From a virus (Duplodnaviria; Caudoviricetes), in IMG/VR virus record IMGVR_UViG_3300029288_000060, positions 1 to 64,000 of that record: a DNA stretch of 64,000 nucleotides, one strand, 5' to 3'. This document shows, piece by piece, positions 45,120 to 54,640 of this stretch (positions are counted from its first letter, which is position 1; the number at the start of each line of letters is the position of its first letter). Position numbers and translations under genes: made by a program. The notes beneath the pieces are model-generated. The model saw only the letters and a list, made by a program, of their open reading frames with translations. It was not told the DNA's origin and ran no database searches.

Positions 45120-46979
45120 ATGACCATTGCTAATAAAATAAAAACATCACAAATTGATGATAATTCATCTACCTATTGGGATGAATCTAAAGGTGTATAT
45201 TATCCTAAAGTAGATTGTGTAGATCATGGGGATGCTTCGGAAGAAGGAAGTATTGCATGGTTATGTAATACATATATTCATGGGTTAGGTGATCCGGATT
45301 CTCAATTAGAATTAATACCAGGAAATTATGCAATAGGTACGTCATTTATTATCCCCGCTAATATAAGTTTAAATATTAATAATGGAGCTTTATTAACAAT
45401 TGCTTCAGGTGAATATATAGTTATTTATGCTTCAGTTAAAGCTGGTTTATATCAAATATTTTCTCATAATAATTCTGATGGTATTCAATTTGGAAGCTCT
45501 GCAATGACAGAAATATATCCTGAATGGTTTGGAGCTGGAAGTGCAGATGATTCTATTCCTTTACAATCAACAATTTATGCAGCAGGTACAGTTGGAACAT
45601 ATAAACCTAGAATAAGATTTCAAGCTAAAACATATACATATTCAACAAGTCTTACAATTAGTGAAAGAGGAATTGCTTTATTAGGAAATGGAGCTATTTA
45701 TGTAAATAGTCCAACTGGTTTTTACGCTGACGTAACCATACTTTATTATACTGGTTCTTCCGTAGCACTTAGGGTAGATACAGGAATGGGTTTTACAATG
45801 GAGAAGATTTACTTAAAAGGTACATCTTCTGCAACAAATGGATTATATTTAACTCAAGCCGGCGCTGTATTTAGAGATTGTGTTTTTGGACAATTTTCAA
45901 AAGTTACTGCAGCAGGGTGTATTTTAGATTCAACACAATGTAATTCTTTTTATTCTTGCTCATTTATAGATAATTATTATGGATCATATTTAACAAATTC
46001 TACTTTAACTAATACCGTAAACACTTTTTATTCTTGTGTATGGCATAGTAATACTCAAGCAGGACACTTTGAAAGAAGAGCACAAGGTACTTTAATATTA
46101 AATGGAACATTTCAGGGTTCTGCAGGTCAAGGTGGAAGTGCAGTTATAATTGATTGTACTCACGTTGGAAGTGAAGATTCCGCCAATTTTAGAATGATTG
46201 GTGGATATATATCTGGTTGTAATGCAGGAACTGCTGGTTATGAAATTAGTGTAACAGGTCATGATACAGGAACTGCTGAATATTACCCATCATTAATTTT
46301 AAAAGATATATTTTGGGCGTCATCCGGTGCAGCAAGTCTTGGACATTTATACCTAAAAAATACAAGACGAACAGTTTTAGACAATGTTGTATTTCAAGCA
46401 ACTCCGCCAAAAATAGTTGCTCCAGTTGTTGGTGTTGATGCTAATTTAGATTTATCAATTTTAAGTTGGAATCAAAGTTGGGCAGACACATGTATAACTG
46501 ATGGTGCAGGAAATACAGTTCATTGGCCTAAACTTGGTCCAATCCAACCTTATGGATATCAATTTAGAGGAGATGCATTTGAGTTTCTTCAAACAAATAT
46601 TAGTTCATCTCGACAAGTAATTAAATTATCACAAGCTTCAATAGCGAGATCATTTATTGATTTTGCTGGAACTGAACATGCAAGTGCAAATTATAGTATC
46701 AGCAGTTGGACAATGGGCGGAGCAATTAAAGGAATGGTACAAGTTGAAGTAAATGGCGCAGTTGCTTGGATGCCTTATTATTATGAGCCTTTGGGAACAA
46801 GCGTAACAAGTACCACAGCCGCGTTAGATGATAAAACTAATGCAATAAATACTACCGGAAAGACTATCGGAAAACGAGTATGGAATACAAATACAAATTT
46901 ATTTGTAACTGCCACTGGTACAGCAGATACAGATACATGGATTAATGATGGTGGAGTAACTGCTCATACCCCTACATAA
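45120..46979 (+). CDS. Tailspike / receptor-binding protein (beta-helix)
   Basis: DHGD...GSIAW, AGLYQIF, YPEWFGA..DDS. Confidence 0.78.
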   Translation: MTIANKIKTSQIDDNSSTYWDESKGVYYPKVDCVDHGDASEEGSIAWLCNTYIHGLGDPDSQLELIPGNYAIGTSFIIPANISLNINNGALLTIASGEYIVIYASVKAGLYQIFSHNNSDGIQFGSSAMTEIYPEWFGAGSADDSIPLQSTIYAAGTVGTYKPRIRFQAKTYTYSTSLTISERGIALLGNGAIYVNSPTGFYADVTILYYTGSSVALRVDTGMGFTMEKIYLKGTSSATNGLYLTQAGAVFRDCVFGQFSKVTAAGCILDSTQCNSFYSCSFIDNYYGSYLTNSTLTNTVNTFYSCVWHSNTQAGHFERRAQGTLILNGTFQGSAGQGGSAVIIDCTHVGSEDSANFRMIGGYISGCNAGTAGYEISVTGHDTGTAEYYPSLILKDIFWASSGAASLGHLYLKNTRRTVLDNVVFQATPPKIVAPVVGVDANLDLSILSWNQSWADTCITDGAGNTVHWPKLGPIQPYGYQFRGDAFEFLQTNISSSRQVIKLSQASIARSFIDFAGTEHASANYSISSWTMGGAIKGMVQVEVNGAVAWMPYYYEPLGTSVTSTTAALDDKTNAINTTGKTIGKRVWNTNTNLFVTATGTADTDTWINDGGVTAHTPT

Positions 46980-47002
46980 AATAATTAAAAGGAAAAATAA
47001 AA

Positions 47003-47602
47003 ATGAACTATACTTATTACGTGGTTGAAAAAATTTACAAAGGTTTCTTTAGTAAAAAGTTTGTAAGGAATGCTTCAAGTATAGGAATTACTGATCCAAA
47101 AACTGGTGATGGTTTAATATTATTTTATTCTGGATCAACTAAAATTGATGGTAAGAAATTAACAATATTTCTTACTTTAGGATGGGAAGCACAAAGTGCA
47201 GATGAACTTGTACAAAAATTTCCAGATGAGAATTTTATGCTTCTTGAAAAATTACCATCAACAGTTAAAGAAATATTAAATAAGAATATTGATTATTGTA
47301 GCATTAAAGAAATGAAATCATCTACAATTATAAAGGTTGACTTTAAAGAAACAGGAAAATATTTCAAATCTAAAAATAATACATTTTTATATTATGATAG
47401 ATACACTGATTCGAGAGGAAGTCAATATTATGTTTTTATGTCCGACATGGTTTTGAATATAGAAGAAAATGAATTTCCAGAATCTGTAATTGATATGAAT
47501 ACTAAAAAGACTGCAGCAAAAATAGGAGCATTTCAAAATGCTGGAATTTTAAATAAATTAAAATTTAAAACCCATGGTTGGGGAAATATAGAGGAAAAAT
47601 AA
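47003..47602 (+). CDS. Hypothetical protein
   Basis: 199-aa ORF within tail block. Confidence 0.7.
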   Translation: MNYTYYVVEKIYKGFFSKKFVRNASSIGITDPKTGDGLILFYSGSTKIDGKKLTIFLTLGWEAQSADELVQKFPDENFMLLEKLPSTVKEILNKNIDYCSIKEMKSSTIIKVDFKETGKYFKSKNNTFLYYDRYTDSRGSQYYVFMSDMVLNIEENEFPESVIDMNTKKTAAKIGAFQNAGILNKLKFKTHGWGNIEEK

Positions 47603-47645
47603 AAATGAGTTTTATTAATAAAAAACATAAAAGGATAAAACATTA

Positions 47646-48974
47646 ATGTCTCATAACTACAAAAAGAATGACACTGTAACTGGTTTTATTTTTAAAGGCG
47701 GAGTTACCAATGAAAAAGTTTTAACCATAGACGCAGATTTAACGGTTACAGAGTTATATTCCGAAGTTAATAGTCGAGTAATGAATCAAGGTGTACATAT
47801 GTCAGCTGCAGCTGCAGGGTCAACTGGTATTACTATTGCTAATAATGTAAATATACAGCCTAACACCAAGAATTTTTCAATGTTTTGGACAGGCAATGTG
47901 GCAGATTGGGTTTCCACAGATACATCTTTTGTATATACTTATCAAGATGCAACACATAGAATTGAATGGTATATTTCTGGTGGTGCTATGGTAATTATTT
48001 TAAATGGAACTGCATATTATAATTTAACGCCTACCATTACGTTTGTTAACAATTCATATCATCAATTAAGTGTTGTAGTAACTTATAATTCAAATGTTAA
48101 ATTTTATATGGATGGCCAACAATTTGGAGATACTATTAGTATTGCTGCCAAAGATATGACTTTTACAAGCGCATTATATATTTGTGGTAGTGCAGCAAAA
48201 AGATATCTATCAATTAGTGATTCTTTTTTAATGTATAACCGCGCACTCTCAGATTCTGAAGTCCTTTCTCTTTATCTAAATGGAATAGATTTTGCTGATA
48301 AATGGGGAAGTCAAACTGAACAAACAAGTGGTACTCTAGTTATTGGTAAAAGATATAGAATTAATAATTGGATTACAGATGATGATTTTACAAACGTTGG
48401 TGGAACTAATGAAGATGGAAATGAATTTGTTGCGACTGGGACGACTCCAACAAAATGGACAAACAGTTCAACGGTGGTCCCTGCCGGAGTTACTCTTGCG
48501 CTTGAACCAGAAGGTATTCAACCATCTAAATGGTATGACTCATCTATAAATGGTTTAAATGCAAGTTATCCAGCAGCTGGATTAAGTATAAATAAAATAC
48601 CATCTTTAATCACTAAACAAGTTCCTAACGCAGAAACCACGGGAGCTGTCACATTAACAATTGCAAAACTTTTAAGTGGTTTAATCACAGGAACTCCAAA
48701 TGCAGCAAGAGCTTATACATTGGATACTGGAGCAAATATTGAAGCAACTGGTTTATTTAATATAGGATCATATATTGATTGGATATTAATGAATAATGAC
48801 ACTGCAGCAGCCGCAAATATAATAACTTTAACTGCAGCAGCCGGGCATACAATTGTAGGTAATCCATATGTTCAATCTAATCATGCAACCACAGGAGCCT
48901 TATATGGTAGCTCAGCTCATTTTAGAACTATTAAAACTGCAGCATCCACATATGTAACATATAGGATGGCATAA
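47646..48974 (+). CDS. LamG/concanavalin-like domain virion protein (paralog 2)
   Basis: MSHNYKKN, FYMDG, YNRALSDSEV, LALEPEGIQ..KWYDSS, YVTYRMA. Confidence 0.75.
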   Translation: MSHNYKKNDTVTGFIFKGGVTNEKVLTIDADLTVTELYSEVNSRVMNQGVHMSAAAAGSTGITIANNVNIQPNTKNFSMFWTGNVADWVSTDTSFVYTYQDATHRIEWYISGGAMVIILNGTAYYNLTPTITFVNNSYHQLSVVVTYNSNVKFYMDGQQFGDTISIAAKDMTFTSALYICGSAAKRYLSISDSFLMYNRALSDSEVLSLYLNGIDFADKWGSQTEQTSGTLVIGKRYRINNWITDDDFTNVGGTNEDGNEFVATGTTPTKWTNSSTVVPAGVTLALEPEGIQPSKWYDSSINGLNASYPAAGLSINKIPSLITKQVPNAETTGAVTLTIAKLLSGLITGTPNAARAYTLDTGANIEATGLFNIGSYIDWILMNNDTAAAANIITLTAAAGHTIVGNPYVQSNHATTGALYGSSAHFRTIKTAASTYVTYRMA

Positions 48975-49143
48975 GAAAATAAATGATTACAATAATAAAA
49001 CCTGATTATTGTATAAATAAAGAATTAGAATGTGAAAAATGTTCGTTTTATTGGCCTGAAGAAAAACTTTGTTCTTTAATATCAAATGAAGAACTTTCAA
49101 ATACAAAAATAAAAAATAAAGAAAAGAATAATTTGGAGAAAAA

Positions 49144-49743
49144 ATGAAAGAATGGATTTATAAAAAATATAAAGCTTTCATGACTTGGTTTGGAGATATT
49201 TATTGTGCCTTTAAACCTCCTTTAGTTAGAGCAAATGAAATTCGAAAAACTTTAGATATAATTAAACCTGGAGATGTAATATGTAGAGGATATAATTATT
49301 ATTTAGATAGTTACTTTATTCCAGGTGTATATTCACATTCAGGATTAGTAATTGATAAATCCAATATGATACATTCTATAGCAGAAGGTGTATCTAAAAT
49401 AGATATCATTGACTTTATTAAAGATTGTGATGCTTTTATTATCCTCAGACCAGTTTTAAATGAAAATGAAATAGAAAAAGTTATTAATAGGGCTATGGAA
49501 CATTATAATAATAAAACACCATATGATTTTACTTTTAAAGATCCTAATCATTTTTATTGTCATGAATTTACACAAGATTGTTTAAATTATGGCGGAATTG
49601 AAATATTACCATCAATTGTTGAATTTGGTATAGGTTTATTTAAATTTAATCGTACTATATTCTTAGCTCAAAATTTAATTGATGCTCTTATAACAATCTA
49701 TATGTATAATCCAGAAAAAGGTATTGAATATATTCAGGTTTAA
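49144..49743 (+). CDS. Permuted papain-like (YiiX/YebB, NlpC/P60-related) amidase/peptidase
   Basis: PGDVI, YSHSGL, PYDF, FYCHE. Confidence 0.8.
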   Translation: MKEWIYKKYKAFMTWFGDIYCAFKPPLVRANEIRKTLDIIKPGDVICRGYNYYLDSYFIPGVYSHSGLVIDKSNMIHSIAEGVSKIDIIDFIKDCDAFIILRPVLNENEIEKVINRAMEHYNNKTPYDFTFKDPNHFYCHEFTQDCLNYGGIEILPSIVEFGIGLFKFNRTIFLAQNLIDALITIYMYNPEKGIEYIQV

Positions 49744-49782
49744 AGTGTTACATGTAAAATAATTGAATAGAGGAGAACTAAA

Positions 49783-50343
49783 ATGAATTTAGAAAAATTT
49801 GATTTTGTACCTAAAGAAATTTTCTTTACAAAAGGAGCAGGATCTCATAAAGAAGAATTAGGTTCATTTGAATTAGCTTTACGAGATGCTGGAATTGAAA
49901 AATGTAATTTAGTTCAAGTTTCAAGTATTTTACCTCCAGGTTGTAAAGTTATTTCAAAGAAAAATGGATTAAGTAAATTAAAACCTGGAGCTATTACTTT
50001 TTGTGTTATGAGTAGATGTTGCAGTAAAGAACCAAGACATTTAATTTCTGCTTCTGTTGGTTGTGCAATTCCAACTGATAGAAAGTTATATGGATATATA
50101 AGTGAGCATCATGATTTTGGTAAAAGTGAAAAACAGATTGGAGAATATGCAGAGGATTTAGCTGCAGCAATGTTAGCATCTACATTAAATATTGATTTTA
50201 ATATAGATGAAAGCTGGGATGAGAAAAAAGAAATATTTAGAATAAGTGGTAAAATTGTTAGTACAAGAAATATAACAAGATCTTCTTTTGTTAATAAAGA
50301 TAAATACACAACGGTAATCGCTGCTGCAGTTTTTATATTCTAA
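49783..50343 (+). CDS. pdaD: Pyruvoyl-dependent arginine decarboxylase
   Basis: SFELALRDAGIEKCNLVQVSSILPP (SS autocleavage site), YGYISEHH, TTVIAAAVF. Confidence 0.92.
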   Translation: MNLEKFDFVPKEIFFTKGAGSHKEELGSFELALRDAGIEKCNLVQVSSILPPGCKVISKKNGLSKLKPGAITFCVMSRCCSKEPRHLISASVGCAIPTDRKLYGYISEHHDFGKSEKQIGEYAEDLAAAMLASTLNIDFNIDESWDEKKEIFRISGKIVSTRNITRSSFVNKDKYTTVIAAAVFIF

Positions 50344-50593
50344 TTAATTATACGATTATTCCCTTAGCTAGTATGAATTAATTGAATTAAATTGAATTAA
50401 TTATGCTAAGAAACAAACTCAAATCAATAAAAGACTATGCTTTCTTATAATAGAGGTATGGTCTTTTTTCCCGTTATTATGTGGATATTCTTAGAGAATT
50501 ATTTCTAGATCTAATAAAAATAAAGAACAAAATATAAAATAGAATCTTTTTCTTTGATAATATATTTCAAGTATTAAAAGGAGATTTTTATAA

Positions 50594-52891
50594 ATGCCAA
50601 TATATAAAAGGACTAATGATAATCAAGGCAGAGTGGAATTAACTGGAGGCGACTTTTATAAAGCCTCTGGAGTTTTAAAAGATGTATTACATATAGTTAC
50701 CGCTGTCGAAGAAGCAAGTAGGATTATAGCCACTGGATTCCGTTATAATTTAGGTATCAATGAGTTAGAAGTATATCTAAATGGACAAGTCTTAAGATGT
50801 AAAGAAAATAAACTAGGAACTGATTATGGGGATTATACAGAGACTACCAATTTTTCAGTTACATTTGAAACTGGAGTTATTCATGAAGATGACCAATTAA
50901 GATTTAGGGTAACAGCAAATGGATATGATACAAGTAGTTCTAATAATGCAAATTTAAATCAATTAGCAAAAGATTTATATGGTAGAGATGTTACTTCAGG
51001 TCTTTTAAGAGGAAATGGTTTATTCTTAGGCGGGTCAGTTATAAATGCAATTACATATGGAAATAATAATGATTCTATTTATGGATATAGACATGAAGGA
51101 ACCATAGAAAATGCTTTAGCAGATATTGGTCTTGTAGATCAAAGAACTTTATATATTCCAAGAGGAACTTGGAGAATTAGTCCAGCAACATTTAATTTGA
51201 CTATTCCATCAAATGTTTGTTTAAAAGTTGATAATGGAACTATATTACAAATTGATAACGCCTGTGTCTTAGAAATTAATGGTCGATTTGATGCAGGTTT
51301 ATATCAAGTATTTGATTGTGTAGGAAATGGAAAAGTAATATTTGGAGCTCAAAGCATAGAAGGAACGTATCCGCAATGGTTTGGAGCTATTGGAGATGGA
51401 ATAACAGATGATTCTGACAGCCTTATTAATACATGTTATTCTGTTTCTGGCATAGAAGGGTTGGTATTGATACCCTCTGGTACAGATCTTAGAATAACAA
51501 AATCTATAACAACTGGGCCTATAAGTATTGTTGGTTTAGGTCAGAGAGGAAGCAGTCGTATAATCGTAGATTTTGACGGAACTGGATTAACAGCTGATAC
51601 ATTAACAAAATTTGAAATAAGAAATATGACAATTGCTGGCGAGAATCTTTCATATACATTACCTACAACTATAAATAAAATAGGTTTATATATAGCAGAA
51701 ACTCATAATTATATAGTAGAAAATTGTTTATTCAATAATTTGAATATTGCAATAGACATTTATGGTGGGTGTTATTTTGGAGTAGTAGAAAAATGTAAAT
51801 TTAGACAAAATTATAAATCATTTCATGCATCATGTCATGCTGGATATCCAGTTAGTGGAATCAATTTCCTATATAACGATATAGACGGTTGGCCTGCATC
51901 AATGGGGGGACCAAGTACTACAATTGGTATGCATATAGAAGGAAACGCATTATGCGGAATAATAAATGCAAAAGTAATTGGGAATGGGTTTCAAAATTTA
52001 AATCAAGGAATATATTTAGTTTATACATATAAATCACTATTTGAAGCAAACTGGTTTGAAGATAATAAGGTTCATATAACCGATGGTGGTGATATACACG
52101 TATTCGGAAATGTAGTATTAGGTGGAGAAATTGCAGACCCAGTTCCAGCACTTATTGCAATAACTGGGGTATCACAATCAAACCCTGCGGTGGTTACGGC
52201 GTCAGTATCTGGGTTAACGAATGGTGACAGAATATTAATTAAAAATGTTAACGGAATGTATCAATTAAATGGAAACACTTATACAGTTGCCAATATAAAT
52301 GTAGGCGCAGGAACTTTTGAATTATCCGGAATAAATAGTACTGCATATGCAGCTTATACAAGTAGTGGTCATTACATGATAAAAAGAATTGATTTTACGC
52401 TTCCATCATGGAATTTAGTAATTGCTCCTACTTGTACAAATACCTATCATGGTATACCAATGACTTTAGGAGAGGATGGTAATTTAAGACTTGGTTATAT
52501 GCAATATTGTGGTTTAATGAAGGAAACATCAGGATTAGGGTTAGCATATGGAAATGATAAAATAGAATTTCAAGTTGCTGATCCAACATTACATCATGGT
52601 TCTTGGAAAATTGAAGGAAGTTATGATACTGGTACTGGTAATCCTCAATTAGATGTTGTTTGTAGGAATAATACTATTCCATTTGCAAGTTATTCTAATA
52701 TTACTATAAAACCCAGAAATATAACCTTCAGAGACTTTTTAGGAACTGAAATACTGTATGGAACTACAAATGGAATTACTGTTCCAAAGTTAGCTGCAGA
52801 TCCTGCCATTCTTGAAGGTTCTATTTATTATAATACAACAACTCATAAACATAGAGGGTGTGATAATGCTGCTTGGCATGATTTATATTAA
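50594..52891 (+). CDS. Tailspike / receptor-binding protein
   Basis: LEVYLNG adaptor, AGLYQVFDC, YPQWFGAIGDGITDDS, beta-helix, ITGVSQSNPAVVT domain. Confidence 0.8.
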   Translation: MPIYKRTNDNQGRVELTGGDFYKASGVLKDVLHIVTAVEEASRIIATGFRYNLGINELEVYLNGQVLRCKENKLGTDYGDYTETTNFSVTFETGVIHEDDQLRFRVTANGYDTSSSNNANLNQLAKDLYGRDVTSGLLRGNGLFLGGSVINAITYGNNNDSIYGYRHEGTIENALADIGLVDQRTLYIPRGTWRISPATFNLTIPSNVCLKVDNGTILQIDNACVLEINGRFDAGLYQVFDCVGNGKVIFGAQSIEGTYPQWFGAIGDGITDDSDSLINTCYSVSGIEGLVLIPSGTDLRITKSITTGPISIVGLGQRGSSRIIVDFDGTGLTADTLTKFEIRNMTIAGENLSYTLPTTINKIGLYIAETHNYIVENCLFNNLNIAIDIYGGCYFGVVEKCKFRQNYKSFHASCHAGYPVSGINFLYNDIDGWPASMGGPSTTIGMHIEGNALCGIINAKVIGNGFQNLNQGIYLVYTYKSLFEANWFEDNKVHITDGGDIHVFGNVVLGGEIADPVPALIAITGVSQSNPAVVTASVSGLTNGDRILIKNVNGMYQLNGNTYTVANINVGAGTFELSGINSTAYAAYTSSGHYMIKRIDFTLPSWNLVIAPTCTNTYHGIPMTLGEDGNLRLGYMQYCGLMKETSGLGLAYGNDKIEFQVADPTLHHGSWKIEGSYDTGTGNPQLDVVCRNNTIPFASYSNITIKPRNITFRDFLGTEILYGTTNGITVPKLAADPAILEGSIYYNTTTHKHRGCDNAAWHDLY

Positions 52892-52928
52892 ATTTAGTTA
52901 TTTTACTTAAATATAAAAAAGGAAAACT

Positions 52929-54611
52929 ATGTCACATAACTATAAAAAAAATGAATTAACAACTGGATTTACTCTTAAAGGTGGAGTTACCAATGAAAAA
53001 ATTTTAACCATAGATGAGAATTTATCATCTGATAATTTAATAACTTCCATTCATTCAAAACAATTAAGTCAAGGAATAACATCCGAAAGATATTCTGCTT
53101 CTTCCGGAACTGGTATTTATGTTCCTGATGATGTAAATGTTGATTTAGGTTCTAGAGATTATACTTTAGTATGGAAAGGAAGTATTCCTGACATTGACTC
53201 AACAAATGATAAAGTTTTAATACTAAAGCATACACCTACAACTTATGCAGATTATTGGTATTTGTCTATATGTCAGGCACCTGGAGTCAATTTAGGTAAA
53301 TTAATGACATATTTTAATGGTTCAACCGTTGCAGTAACATGTTACTCAGATGATGTAGTTCCTTTTCAAGATAATACTATACATGAAATAGGGGTTGTGG
53401 TAGTCAGAGAAATATCTGGAGTTTTTGATGGTTCAATTACATTTTATATTGATGGAATTCAATTTGGAAGCAGCACTGCCATAAACAAATCAATTGCTGG
53501 GGCTGGAGAATCTCTTGATAATACAGGTGATTTAAATACATTAGGTTCAATGGCAAGCCAATGTCAAGGAACTGTTTTACATACTTATATTTTTAATCGA
53601 GCATTAACCTCAGATGAAATGTTAAGTCTTTATCATAATGGAATAGATAATGCCGACAAGTGGGGAAGTCAGACAGCTAAATATACCAGTGATTTTAGTG
53701 CAGGTGTTGATGGTTGGGGAGCTACATCAAATGTAACTATTGATGGAAATATAGATGGTATTGGCGGTGAGGATAATTGGTTAAGAATTACAGGTTCAGC
53801 AGCATTAGGAACACATTATACTCAAAAGAATGGTACATTTGTTATAAATAAACGATATAGAGTAACTGGAACTTATTATTTTCCATCCGGTTTACCTAAT
53901 GCTGATGGAATAGGAATATGTTTTGGAAGTTTAAATGCACCATATGTTAGTGTAATAACTCCTATTTTTGATACAGTAACAAACTTTTGCGTTGAAAACA
54001 TAGCATTCAATATAAATTATCAAATAACAATGTTAAAAAACGGTGCAATATCTTTTACTACCACCACAAGTGATATTATTTATATTAAAAATTTAGTATA
54101 TACTGAAATCGGCGCTACCTTAGCTCTTGAACCAGAAGGAATTCAACATGATAAATGGTATGACAGTTCAAGCAATGGACTAAAAGCAACTTATCCAGCC
54201 GCAGGTTGGGCTATGTTAAAAACTCCGATAAGACATAATAAACAACAAATAACTCCAGCTAATTATGATGCAGATCAAACATTAACCATAGCCGAATTGT
54301 TAAATGGAATAATTACAAGAACTACATCATCTGGAGCAAATATAACATTTACATTACCGACTGGATCATTAACAGAACTTGCAAGTAATTTCTCAATAGG
54401 ATCTTATTTTGATTGGTCCATAATAAATAAATCAACAACTTCTGCAGGTGACACGGTAACTGTTGCAGCAGCCGCAAGTGGACATACAGTCGTAGGGAAT
54501 ATGGTTGTTCAATCTCAACATTCAAGTACAGGTCAAATTTATGGAAGTTCTGGAAGATTTAGAACTGTAAAAACTGCTTTAAATACATTTGTAACATATA
54601 GAATGGCCTAA
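52929..54611 (+). CDS. LamG/concanavalin-like domain virion protein (paralog 3)
   Basis: Same terminal blocks as 43523 and 47646; FNRALTSDE. Confidence 0.75.
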   Translation: MSHNYKKNELTTGFTLKGGVTNEKILTIDENLSSDNLITSIHSKQLSQGITSERYSASSGTGIYVPDDVNVDLGSRDYTLVWKGSIPDIDSTNDKVLILKHTPTTYADYWYLSICQAPGVNLGKLMTYFNGSTVAVTCYSDDVVPFQDNTIHEIGVVVVREISGVFDGSITFYIDGIQFGSSTAINKSIAGAGESLDNTGDLNTLGSMASQCQGTVLHTYIFNRALTSDEMLSLYHNGIDNADKWGSQTAKYTSDFSAGVDGWGATSNVTIDGNIDGIGGEDNWLRITGSAALGTHYTQKNGTFVINKRYRVTGTYYFPSGLPNADGIGICFGSLNAPYVSVITPIFDTVTNFCVENIAFNINYQITMLKNGAISFTTTTSDIIYIKNLVYTEIGATLALEPEGIQHDKWYDSSSNGLKATYPAAGWAMLKTPIRHNKQQITPANYDADQTLTIAELLNGIITRTTSSGANITFTLPTGSLTELASNFSIGSYFDWSIINKSTTSAGDTVTVAAAASGHTVVGNMVVQSQHSSTGQIYGSSGRFRTVKTALNTFVTYRMA

Positions 54612-54640
54612 TTTAATCTAAAGTAAGGAGATAAAAATAA

